The position numbers and the translations under genes were made by a program. A stretch of 63,631 nt of DNA, counting the filler. It is 21 parts of 21 records of this genome, joined end to end, with 100 filler letters (N's around TTAATTAATTAA, not from the genome) between each part and the next. Parts side by side here need not be neighbours in the genome. Positions count along the whole stretch, not along the records: positions 39,183 to 44,508 come from SRR16133337_18885; positions 44,609 to 48,694 come from SRR16133337_18907; positions 48,795 to 51,305 come from SRR16133337_19141; positions 51,406 to 53,585 come from SRR16133337_19326; positions 53,686 to 56,952 come from SRR16133337_19821; 16 more parts are not named here. The stretch is one strand, 5' to 3'. Under the pieces are notes generated by a model that was not told the DNA's origin, made no database searches, and saw nothing but the letters and a program-made list of their open reading frames with translations. Numbering within the stretch: the stretch's first letter is position 1; each line of letters opens with the position of its first letter. Shown here piece after piece: positions 44,477-54,296 of this stretch.

Positions 44477-44608
44477 GGGTGGTCGGCAGTCATTTTTAAG
44501 TGGTCGGGNNNNNNNNNNNNNNNNNNNNNNNNNNNNNNNNNNNNNNNNNNNNTTAATTAATTAANNNNNNNNNNNNNNNNNNNNNNNNNNNNNNNNNNNN
44601 NNNNNNNN

Positions 44609-44680
44609 CGGGTTTCTAACTGGGCGGAGTATATCTACTTAGCAATCCGAATTTTTAGAGTCTTCTTTTTATTGATGAAT
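44609..44680. repeat. Palindromic element right arm at contig start, abutted by a decayed long-form left end
   Basis: CGGGTTTCTAACTGGGCGGAGTATA followed by CTTAGCAATCCGAATTTTTAGAGTCTTCTTT. Confidence 0.8.
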
Positions 44681-44689
44681 AACACATCT

Positions 44690-45490
44690 TTAGAATTGTA
44701 TTTGGTCAATAAACTGTTTACAGGCGTTGCCTGGATTTGCTGTTTTCATAAAACTTTCTCCGATTAAAAATCCTTGAAAACCATATTCTTTCAATCCTGT
44801 AATAATTCTTGGATCGCTAATTCCACTTTCAGAAACTTTGATACAACTGTCTGGAATTTGAGCTGCCAAAGTAATAGAATGCTCTAAATTTACTTGAAAC
44901 GTTTTTAAATTTCGATTGTTAATTCCAATAATTTTTCCATCCAAATCCGAAATTTTATCCAACTCCTCTTGACTGTGTATTTCATACAAAACACTCAGTC
45001 CTAATTCTGTGGCCAACTTTCCGTAATTTTTCAATTCTTCTTTTCTCAAACAAGCCGCGATCAATAAAATAGCATCTGCACCAATCGCTTTCGCTTCTAC
45101 AATCTGAAAGGCATCTACTATAAAATCTTTCCGTAAAATAGGTCGAACGGTATTCAGAGTTCTTGCCGATATCAAATCGACTAGGGTTCCACCAAAATAA
45201 TGCATCTCTGTTAAAATAGATTGTGCGGCAACATTGGCTTCTAAATAGCCTTGTGTAACTTCTTGGATTGTTGAGGTGCTATTGATAATTCCTTTGGAAG
45301 GTGATTTCCTTTTGAATTCCGCAATAATTCCTGTAGAATCCTTTTCTGTCAAGGCTTCTTTTAAAGAAAAGGGAGTTCTTTTAAAAAGGGGACTTTTTAC
45401 CAATTTTGCTAAAGAAACTTCCGATTTTATCTTTGCTACTTCTTGCTTTTTAAAAGCGATGATTTGTTCTAAAATATTCATTTTATCCAA
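44690..45490 (-). CDS. trpC: Indole-3-glycerol phosphate synthase (start may be 45481)
   Basis: Motifs IIAEFKRKSPSKG, LRKDF, GINNRNL and VSESGI. Confidence 0.96.
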   Translation of the reverse strand: MDKMNILEQIIAFKKQEVAKIKSEVSLAKLVKSPLFKRTPFSLKEALTEKDSTGIIAEFKRKSPSKGIINSTSTIQEVTQGYLEANVAAQSILTEMHYFGGTLVDLISARTLNTVRPILRKDFIVDAFQIVEAKAIGADAILLIAACLRKEELKNYGKLATELGLSVLYEIHSQEELDKISDLDGKIIGINNRNLKTFQVNLEHSITLAAQIPDSCIKVSESGISDPRIITGLKEYGFQGFLIGESFMKTANPGNACKQFIDQIQF

Positions 45491-45545
45491 TTCAAAAATT
45501 ATCGGATGGAAAGATTAAAAATACCTTTTTTAATCTTTCCACTTT

Positions 45546-46532
45546 TTAACGAATCATTAATTCCAAACTTCTTTTTGCTTTCCATCCTAATAACGAATCT
45601 TTTGCTTCTTCAAAAGCAGTTTCAAAACTTTTAGAAGCATCCAAAATTTTCAATGCGAAAGCGGCATTTGTCAACACCACATTGTTTTGTGCTTCGGTAC
45701 CCGTTCCGTTTAAAATACTTTTAAATATTTTTGCGGCTTCTGGAACAGAATTTCCACCAAATATTTCTGAGGGATCTATGGCTTTCAATCCTAAATCGGA
45801 AGGATGGATCAAGTATTCTGAGGCTTTGGTCAACAATTTAAAGGAGTCTGTTAAAGAAATTTCATCGTAACCGTCCAAAGCATATAAAATTCCATAATTC
45901 AACGTGGAATCTTGCCATAGATAATTGTAGATTCTTGCAACTTCCAAATTAAAAACGCCTACCAATTGGTTTTGAGGTTGACTTGGATTTACCAAGGGAC
46001 CTAACATATTGAAAAAGGTTTTTAATCCTAATTCTTTTCTGACAGGACTTACTGCTTTCATTGCTGGATGAAACAAAGGAGCATGTAAAAAGCAGATATT
46101 TGCTTTTTCTAATTGTGTTTTTAAAATCGCTTCATCACGAGTGAATTTATAACCTAAAAATTCCAACATATTGGAAGACCCTGAAGCTGAAGAGGCACTA
46201 TAATTTCCATGTTTTGCCACTTTATTTCCAGTACCTGCCACAATAAAGGAAGTCAATGTAGAAATATTAAACGTGTCCTTTCCATCTCCTCCTGTACCGC
46301 ATAAATCGATGGTATTGAATTCTGAAAAATCTACTTTTACCGCCAATTCTAACAAAGCTTCTCTAAAACCAGACAATTCAGCAACGGTAATAGGTCGCAT
46401 CCTAAATACCGTCATAAACGCTGTCATATGTGCGGCATTGTATTTTTTTGCGGCAATGTCTATCAACACTCGTTTTGCTTCCTCCTTGGTTAAGGTTTGA
46501 TGTTCAAATAAGTTGTTTAATATTTTTTTCAT
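45546..46532 (-). CDS. trpD: Anthranilate phosphoribosyltransferase
   Basis: Motifs DLCGTGGDG, NISTL, KHGN and GYDE. Confidence 0.96.
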   Translation of the reverse strand: MKKILNNLFEHQTLTKEEAKRVLIDIAAKKYNAAHMTAFMTVFRMRPITVAELSGFREALLELAVKVDFSEFNTIDLCGTGGDGKDTFNISTLTSFIVAGTGNKVAKHGNYSASSASGSSNMLEFLGYKFTRDEAILKTQLEKANICFLHAPLFHPAMKAVSPVRKELGLKTFFNMLGPLVNPSQPQNQLVGVFNLEVARIYNYLWQDSTLNYGILYALDGYDEISLTDSFKLLTKASEYLIHPSDLGLKAIDPSEIFGGNSVPEAAKIFKSILNGTGTEAQNNVVLTNAAFALKILDASKSFETAFEEAKDSLLGWKAKRSLELMIR

Positions 46533-46563
46533 TTTTTTACTTTCTATTCTAAATCTAGAGGTT

Positions 46564-47145
46564 TTAAGAACCTTCTAGACTTGATATAAAATTACGAACT
46601 ATTTTTTCTCCTAAAGGTGTCAAAATAGATTCTGGATGAAATTGCACCGCGCTCACATGATAGGTCTTATGTTCCAAGGCCATAATTCCTCCTTCATGAT
46701 CAACTGCCGTAACTTTTAATTCGGCTGGAAAATCTTCAGAAGCTGCCATCCAGGAATGATATCTTGCCGCTTCAAATTTTTCCGGCAATCCTTGAAAAAT
46801 CAAAGCATCTTTGTCAAGAACTTCTATCGTAGTTGCAACCCCATGATATACTTTATCCATATTGACAATTGATCCACCAAATACTTCTGTAATTGCTTGC
46901 AAGCCTAAACAAACAGCAAAGATCGGTTTTGTAGCCGCATAGGTTTTTACGACTTCTTTCAAAATCCCTGCTTCCTCTGGAATCCCTGGACCTGGTGAAA
47001 GTAGAATCAGATCATAATTTCCTACATCTGCGATTGAAATTTTATCGTTTCTATATACGTCTGGAAAAATTCCTGTAATTTCTTCTACCATATGCACTAA
47101 GTTGTAAGTAAAAGAATCGTAATTGTCTAGGATTAATATTTTCAT
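46564..47145 (-). CDS. trpG: Anthranilate synthase component II
   Basis: Motifs DNYDSFTYN, SPGPG, CLG, RYHS and QFHPES. Confidence 0.95.
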   Translation of the reverse strand: MKILILDNYDSFTYNLVHMVEEITGIFPDVYRNDKISIADVGNYDLILLSPGPGIPEEAGILKEVVKTYAATKPIFAVCLGLQAITEVFGGSIVNMDKVYHGVATTIEVLDKDALIFQGLPEKFEAARYHSWMAASEDFPAELKVTAVDHEGGIMALEHKTYHVSAVQFHPESILTPLGEKIVRNFISSLEGS

Positions 47146-47233
47146 TTTTTAATCTTGAATTGTGGAACTGTTGAATGGTGTCCTTGTTTGTTTAAAGAAG
47201 TTTTTTATTTAAAACGGACCTCTTAAAATTCAA

Positions 47234-48628
47234 TTATATTTTTTCTGCTAAAATCAAAGCTTTTTTCAAAGCGGCTAATTTATTATTTACTTCTTGTAAT
47301 TCTTTTTCTTCATCTGAATCTATGACAATTCCTGCTCCAGCTTGAGAATACAAAACATTGTTTTTACTTACAAACGAACGAATGGCAATGGCTAAATTTA
47401 CGGAACCATCCAATCCCATAACCCCAACAGCTCCTCCGTAAAAACCTCTACTTTGGTTTTCGTAGGTATCAATCAATTGCATCGCTTTGTATTTTGGAGC
47501 CCCCGTTAAAGTGCCTGCAGGAAACGTATCACCAACAATTTCAATTGGATTTCCTTTGAGATTTCCTTGAACAGTAGAGACCAAATGAATGACATGGCTA
47601 AAATATTGTACTTCCTTAAAAATCGCAACCGTTACATGATCTGCATGCTTGCTCAAATCATTTCGAGCCAAATCGACCAACATGGTATGTTCTGCATTTT
47701 CTTTTTTATCTTCTGATAATTTTTTTCCTAATTGGATGTCTTTTGCCATATCACCCGTTCTTCTATAGGTACCAGCGATAGGATTGATCATCGCTTTTCC
47801 TTTCCCGATTCTTATTTGTGCTTCTGGGGAAGATCCCATCAATTTAAAATTTCCGTAATCAAAGTAAAATAAATATGGGGATGGATTGATAGAACGCAAA
47901 GCTCTGTATACATTAAATTCATCTCCTTTAAAAGATTGTTGAAACTGACGTGAGAGTACCATTTGAAAAACGTCTCCTCGTTGGCAATGTGCTTTTCCTT
48001 TGCTTACATAGTTTTTAAATTCTTCATCGGTACAATTGGACGTTTCTTCTCCTTCAAAACTAAATTTTTGAGTGTTGAAAGATTGTACGCGGATAATCGT
48101 CTCAATTTCTGACAAACGAGAAGTCTCTTTTTCTTCTAAGTTTTCAATCAAAATCATTTCATCATTAAAATGATTAATGACAATGATAAATCTAAAAAAG
48201 CTGTAGTGCATCAATGGAATTGCGGAGGGTGCTTCTTTTACTTTCAATTCAATATTTTCAAAATACTGAACACTGTCGTAGGCGGTATATCCATACAAAC
48301 CATTAAAACCTTTAATTGTGGAATCACAATCTAAATCGATGGTACTTGTATACTTTTCAAATAACTCATAAAAACGGGTGTTTTCCAGTTTTTGATTGTC
48401 TAATTGTTTTCCCTTATAAGATAACGATAAGTGGTGGTTTTCGGCTTTGATACTCACCACGGGTTCTATACAGATAAAAGAAAAACTTTCTTCTTTACTG
48501 TGATAATCTGAACTCTCTAACAAGAGTGTATTGGCAAATTTATCTCTGAATTTCAAATACAAACCTACAGGAGTCACCGTATCGGCAATTCTATTTTTTA
48601 TAATTGATTTGAATTTTATTTTTTCCAT
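47234..48628 (-). CDS. trpE: Anthranilate synthase component I
   Basis: Motifs LLES, NPSPY, PIAGT, EHTMLVDLARND, FPAGTLTGAPK and QAGAGIV. Confidence 0.96.
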   Translation of the reverse strand: MEKIKFKSIIKNRIADTVTPVGLYLKFRDKFANTLLLESSDYHSKEESFSFICIEPVVSIKAENHHLSLSYKGKQLDNQKLENTRFYELFEKYTSTIDLDCDSTIKGFNGLYGYTAYDSVQYFENIELKVKEAPSAIPLMHYSFFRFIIVINHFNDEMILIENLEEKETSRLSEIETIIRVQSFNTQKFSFEGEETSNCTDEEFKNYVSKGKAHCQRGDVFQMVLSRQFQQSFKGDEFNVYRALRSINPSPYLFYFDYGNFKLMGSSPEAQIRIGKGKAMINPIAGTYRRTGDMAKDIQLGKKLSEDKKENAEHTMLVDLARNDLSKHADHVTVAIFKEVQYFSHVIHLVSTVQGNLKGNPIEIVGDTFPAGTLTGAPKYKAMQLIDTYENQSRGFYGGAVGVMGLDGSVNLAIAIRSFVSKNNVLYSQAGAGIVIDSDEEKELQEVNNKLAALKKALILAEKI

Positions 48629-48640
48629 TTTATTTTTGTT

Positions 48641-48688
48641 GTCTGGCTGTCTTGTCGTGAAACAGTGATGCCGTGATCCAGTGAAACC
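48641..48688. repeat. Degenerate 8-bp tandem repeat upstream of trpE
   Basis: GTCTGGCT GTCTTGTC GTGAAACA GTGATGCC GTGATCCA GTGAAACC, the same unit type as at 39018. Confidence 0.75.
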
Positions 48689-48799
48689 GTTTTTNNNNNN
48701 NNNNNNNNNNNNNNNNNNNNNNNNNNNNNNNNNNNNNNTTAATTAATTAANNNNNNNNNNNNNNNNNNNNNNNNNNNNNNNNNNNNNNNNNNNNCTTTT

Positions 48800-48823
48800 G
48801 CCTACAGCCTACAGCCTACAGCC
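48800..48823. repeat. Heptamer tandem repeat (GCCTACA)3
   Basis: gcctaca gcctaca gcctaca gcc, at the contig start. Confidence 0.85.
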
Positions 48824-48836
48824 TTCTTTAAACTTC

Positions 48837-50624
48837 TCATTGATAAACCACCGGAATTTCTATTTCAATGGTGGTGCCTCCTTTAATTTTGGAATTAAAA
48901 ACAATTTTACCTTTCATCATTTTAACTCTGGCTTTGATTTGGTTGATTCCTATTCCGTCTGATGTTGAAAAAGAGTTTGTATCAAATCCATCTCCATCAT
49001 CTTGAATTTTAAGATAAAGTTTTTGTTTAAATTCTAGTACCGAAATAAAAGCCTGATGGGCATGGCTATGTTTTAAAATATTGTTGAGAAACTCTTCTAG
49101 GATATGATTGATTTTGAGTTCAAAATTCTGTTCGTAACGTTTTAGGTTGTGTATGGCATAAGAAATCTCGATTTGAGTATTGGAATATTTTTCACAAAGA
49201 TCCTGGATGGCGGCCTTTAATCCCAGTTTTAACAAAACCGAAGAAATTAACTGATGCGAAAGCTCTCTTACTTTTACCGAAGTTTCTCCTATAATGGCCT
49301 GTGTTTTTTCAATTTCTAAAGGCGGTTTTTTTGGGTATTGTTTTTTAAGGGCTTCTAAATGTAAGTTTGCCGCAGATAAATGGGCACTGACACTGTCGTG
49401 TAGGATTTCTGCAATTTGCTTTCGCTCGGTTTCTTTACCATCTAACGTCGCATTCAGTACTTTGTATTTCGTCTTTGTTTCTAGGCGTTTCTTTTCTTTT
49501 TCTCTTTGAAGCTCCCTTTTATTGAATTTTAAAAGCATTCTTTCCCTTTTTAATCTGGAACGTAAAAAGTAGACCCAAAAAATAAAACCCATCACAAAAA
49601 AGGAGAGTCCAAAGACAACTGCCCATATTTGAATACGTTTTCTTTTTTGAACGGCTACCAAATGTTTCCGTGTAGCCTGTTCTTTGACCAGGGTTACATT
49701 GTGTTTGGCTTCTATTTCCGCCACCAATACCTCTAACTCCACATTTCGTAAACTGTCATTAATTTTATTGGCCTTTGCCAAATAGGTATAAGCACTGTAT
49801 TTTTTTAAATTATAATCTGCCCATGCCAGATTGATATAGAGCATTTCTTTATATTCTGCTTTTTCTGGAAAGGAGTGTTTTTCTAAAAGCTGGAGGGCTT
49901 GTTGGTATTGAGTTTTTCCTTGGTAATACTTTTTGTTTTCTATATGGATATTAGCAAGTGTATTTAGGTTTATGATTTGATGCACCGTATCTTTTTTTTC
50001 AATCGCCATTTTTAGAGATTTAAGGGTATATCTTTCTGCCAATTTAAAATCCTTTTTTATAGAGGCAATCATAGAAAGACCATTATAAATAGATTCTTTT
50101 TGTTTGTTGTATTTTGGTTGGTAAGAAGTGAAGGTAAAAGCTTTTTGATAATAAGAATGTGTGCTATCAATGTCAAAAGGATGATGAAGACTGTCCATTT
50201 CATACAACTCAAAATGTATTTTTCCTACGGAAAGATGACTGTCAATTAGCTGTAGGGTATCTTTTAAAAGAAAAGAATAGGCTAAAGATTCTCGGGCGTA
50301 CTGCAATGCTTTTTTAAAGTGATTGGTCAATCTTAAAATATTACTTATTTGATAGGTTACTTCGATTAAAACAGAAAGGTTTTTTTGAGTTTTTGCGATT
50401 TCTAAAATTTCTAGATAGCATTGTAAAGCTTCTGTTATTTTTTCTTCTTGAAAAAGCTTTTTAGCCTTTTCTACTTGTTGTACAAGGGCAGGTTTTTGAA
50501 GAGAGTCTTTTTGTGACAAAACAAAAGCCACGGTAGACAGTTTTACCGTGGCAGTGCTATTTTTACTTGCCTTACAGACCATCCAAAAAATTAAAAAAAA
50601 GGTTAAAAAAAATCTTTTGGACAT
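48837..50624 (-). CDS. TPR-containing sensor histidine kinase (HisKA_3/NarX type)
   Basis: Signal peptide, TPR-like helical region, one TM segment, H-box ERKQIAEILHD, and ATPase motifs NILKHS, DDGDGF and GIG. Confidence 0.92.
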   Translation of the reverse strand: MSKRFFLTFFLIFWMVCKASKNSTATVKLSTVAFVLSQKDSLQKPALVQQVEKAKKLFQEEKITEALQCYLEILEIAKTQKNLSVLIEVTYQISNILRLTNHFKKALQYARESLAYSFLLKDTLQLIDSHLSVGKIHFELYEMDSLHHPFDIDSTHSYYQKAFTFTSYQPKYNKQKESIYNGLSMIASIKKDFKLAERYTLKSLKMAIEKKDTVHQIINLNTLANIHIENKKYYQGKTQYQQALQLLEKHSFPEKAEYKEMLYINLAWADYNLKKYSAYTYLAKANKINDSLRNVELEVLVAEIEAKHNVTLVKEQATRKHLVAVQKRKRIQIWAVVFGLSFFVMGFIFWVYFLRSRLKRERMLLKFNKRELQREKEKKRLETKTKYKVLNATLDGKETERKQIAEILHDSVSAHLSAANLHLEALKKQYPKKPPLEIEKTQAIIGETSVKVRELSHQLISSVLLKLGLKAAIQDLCEKYSNTQIEISYAIHNLKRYEQNFELKINHILEEFLNNILKHSHAHQAFISVLEFKQKLYLKIQDDGDGFDTNSFSTSDGIGINQIKARVKMMKGKIVFNSKIKGGTTIEIEIPVVYQ

Positions 50625-50641
50625 AAAACCTTGTTGTTTTA

Positions 50642-51305
50642 TTAATATGGAAATAACTTACCCTTTGGAGGTCCATATGAAGGAGCATCTTGAATTTTAG
50701 AAGAAGCACTTGTGGTGATATAGACAAAAGCAAATTTCAATTCGTCTCCTTCAAATTTAATATTTTCCTCGTCAAATTTAGTATATTTTTTTAAATAAGT
50801 AGTCTCGCCTTTGTTATTTCCTTTTTGTAAACGAATTTCGTGTGTTTTAGAAGCTTTGTTATATTTAAAATCAACGGTTATATCTTCTCTAACTTTAAAT
50901 TCTATCGTATAAGAACCCTCTGCGAGTCGGCTTATTTTATAGGATTCTAAATAAGATAAATAGGAATTTTCTTTGTTGTTTAGATCTGTTTGGCTGCTGT
51001 CTTCCTCTAAAAGAGTCATCCCAAAAAGGTCTGTGGCGGTTTCTGTATCAAAATCAATCTGCAATTCACCACCCGCCAACTCTAAAACGGTATTTTGTGT
51101 TTGGGAATCACTTTCGGCATTCTCTAAAAGAATTTTGTAAGCTCCGTCGTTGTTTACAAGATTAGAAGCCTCAGGGTATTCTAAGGAGAAAGTCCCATCT
51201 GCGGCTTTTGATAAAGTATAAACATCAGAGAGGGGTTCTTCGGTTATATTGTCGTTACCACAAGCTGTAAAGCTAAGGTAAAGCAAGGCAAAGGCTAAAT
51301 TTTGG
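50642..51305 (-). CDS. Hypothetical lipoprotein, 5' truncated
   Basis: Lipobox FTAC followed by acidic residues (GNDNITEE). The stop lies 17 bp upstream of the kinase gene. Confidence 0.75.
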
Positions 51306-51719
51306 NNNNNNNNNNNNNNNNNNNNNNNNNNNNNNNNNNNNNNNNNNNNTTAATTAATTAANNNNNNNNNNNNNNNNNNNNNNNNNNNNNNNNNNNNNNN
51401 NNNNNTACACAGGAAATTTACATGCCATATTGGACATAAGCTTTTTCGAAGTCATCACAATTATAAATAGTTTTTCCTCTTAATTCGACTTTACGTTTGC
51501 AGATTTTCTTATTTGATTTACAATTCATACAAAGTTTGACAGATCCCCTAATAGTCAAGTATAAATTGAGCATAAAACTTTAGGTATTTGCTTTTGTTTT
51601 TAAAAAATTCCGTAAGGGGGTCCCAAACTTTTACGAGTTGTTTTTGGACGTAGACAAGCCTGTATTTATACACTACTAAGTTTTTATACTAAAATGGTCT
51701 TTGATCGTTTTCGTGTTAG

Positions 51720-52891
51720 GCAACGGACAAAAATTCAATGGTTCATGGGATTGCGCGAAAGCAACATTCCGTAAAGAAGGTATTCTCGGTTTCTATACAG
51801 GATTTCCGATCTCTGTTGCCGGTATAATGGTCTATAGGGGATTTTATTTTGGATTATTTGATTATTTTCGACCGATGATTTTGACAAAGACAGACGGAAG
51901 TGGCAAAACTAATGCAGGATCTTTTGGAAAAGATTTTTTGTAAGTATAATGAAAAACATCACTTTTAAGGTAGGATTGTAGATTTTCAAATTGATAAAAG
52001 CGAAAAATAAAGAGAAAATCTATGAAATTTTAAACTCAAAAACTTTTTGATATTGTGTGATTGCCTTTGGGTTATGTTTTACGCGGTCAACTGCAAAAGT
52101 TCACAACTTTTTAATCTTTAAGGGGGTTTTCTACAATTGTACAAAAGAAATGCATGGATTGTTTTTTTGTTTGCCTATTGGAGTGTTGGATTGAAAATTA
52201 TCTGGAAATACAGTTAGAAAAACACAATTCACCAAAAAAAAATCAACATTTTTGTACTATGTTTCAAATTATAAATTTTTGATGGTGTAATATTTCACTA
52301 GTTGTTTTTGCGTATCAAGGGACATTTTTCAAAATCTCAATTTCTATATGACGTTGTGCCAAATTCAGAGTTAAGCGGATTGTTTTTAAGATTCTTGTTG
52401 GGGATCCATAGTTTTTCACATTTTTCAAACTTTAAACCCGAATTTGGTATAAAAATGTTTTTAGTGAAAAATTGTGAAACTATGTACTATTTCTCACTTG
52501 AAAGCCCAGAAGTGAACAGGCAAAACAAAATTAGAAAAACGAAACAACAATAAAATATTTTCTTCTGGAAAACCAATCAACCCAAACTATATTTTTACTG
52601 ATTTTTTACTCTTTGTTCCATAGACTCGGCTACGCATGTACTGTGACCGCTGGTTGGTGTGCATATCCAATTGACACTATCCGAAGACTAATGATGGTTG
52701 GAGTCGGTGAAAAAATCAGTTATGATTCATGGATCCAGGCCACACGTGCAATTTATGCGAGTCACGGATTTAGAGGATTTTTTGCTGGTGCAGGAGCTAA
52801 TGTTTTTAGAGGTGCTGCAGGAGCAGGCGTGTTAGCAGGATTTGAATATGTGAAAGGATTTTATATCGCAATGAAAACGAGTGTCTTGTGA
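51720..52891 (+). CDS. Eukaryotic ADP/ATP-carrier-like mitochondrial carrier, last two exons (51720-51939 and 52624-52891)
   Basis: Intron GTAAGT(51940)...TAG(52623) splits the codon TT|A. The product has YRGFYFGLFD, AYPIDTIRRLMM and GAGANVFRGAAGAGVL. Confidence 0.85.
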
Positions 52892-53549
52892 AACGTATTG
52901 ATACGGTGATGTTGTGTACAGTTTTTATGTAAAATGTAATATAAAATGTGTAGTGAAAACCATTTCTGGTTGTAAGAAGTTTGGATTTCCGGTGGTAATT
53001 TACGTGAAATATGTTTGGGAAGGTGGATTAAAAATTCGCGAATTCGAAACGCACCTACGTCAAATTAGGAACATTTTGGTGTGCAAACTATTTGAAATTT
53101 CGTGAATTCTTACGCCCAAGCGATCAAATCCGTCAGGTTTAAAAAAAGATCGAACGAACCTCGACTCAATATTAAAACTCTAGCTTAGGTACCCCGAATG
53201 GGAGATTCAAGAGTTAGAGCAGAAATAGAGAGCGCACAAAATATATCAAACCTAACCATGAAACCTGTCCCTAACCCTGATCAAATTGCCGTGTCTGTTA
53301 GAACACAAAAGAGATGGAGGGAAGGGATATGTGTCACAAAAGCAGGGTAAGCTCAAAGCTCCGAGGGGTTCGCGAACGAAAGAAAATTAAATATTTGTGT
53401 GATAAATTCGATCATTCTCCAAGAAAGTGAAAAACTCAGCTGCGACAAAATTGGGTATGCCAAATTAATTTGCATTAGAAAGTTGGCGGCAAATTTTGGG
53501 TTTGTGTTGGGTAGTTGTCAGGTATTACCGTGATACCTCGATCATTACA

Positions 53550-53585
53550 TCCACACACACCACACACCACCACCACACACACCCA
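53550..53585. repeat. CA/CCA-rich microsatellite at contig end
   Basis: ccacacacaccacacaccaccaccacacacaccca. Confidence 0.8.
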
Positions 53586-54296
53586 NNNNNNNNNNNNNNN
53601 NNNNNNNNNNNNNNNNNNNNNNNNNNNNNTTAATTAATTAANNNNNNNNNNNNNNNNNNNNNNNNNNNNNNNNNNNNNNNNNNNNAATAGATCAATCGTA
53701 TGCCAAACCTCCCCACCTCTACAAAACTCTCGAAAAAGTACTTGACACTGCAGCCACAAAAACAGAACAAAAAAAAATATATATACAGACTAAGAGCATT
53801 AACCAAACGACCTCTGTGAAATAACACCGCATAGAAAAGTACTTAGCGTCACGCACATAAGCTCCACAAATAGAGAGAGAAAGACATCTGAGACCTCGAC
53901 CCCCTCATTTCAAACACTCCAACCCAGAATGTCACAACTCTCATAAGACAAGACCCCAAAGCACGGCCTCACAACACCAAAAAAGGCAGTCAAAGACATC
54001 ATAAACCCGAAAGCATAACTCCATGCAAGTCAACCAAGACTAAACTAAAACGATAAAACTGAAAGCTCCGCAACCGAACCACTTGTATGCAGGCTCCAAT
54101 AAACAAGCTGCGCATAATTATGAAAGCACTGACGCGGTACTTTCTACAACAGAAAATGCTAGCATGGCATTAGCAGAAGACAACACAAAGCATGCATGAT
54201 GAGTCGCTGAGAGATCACCAGCACAATCCAGCTGACGCGGCAGGTGGCTGATGCCTCAGCAACTAAACTAATCCCACCAAATCCACAAACAATCAG

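Noticed and set aside
1-44680. Palindromic element copies as CRISPR repeats
   Set aside because: The copies are dispersed singly across contigs, with no repeat-spacer periodicity and no cas genes.
48629-48694. trp attenuator or leader peptide upstream of trpE
   Set aside because: Only 66 nt remain before the contig break. They hold octamer repeats and no Trp-codon leader.
48837-53585. Mitochondrial carrier as a horizontal transfer into the bacterium
   Set aside because: It contains a spliceosomal intron and lies on its own eukaryotic contig.
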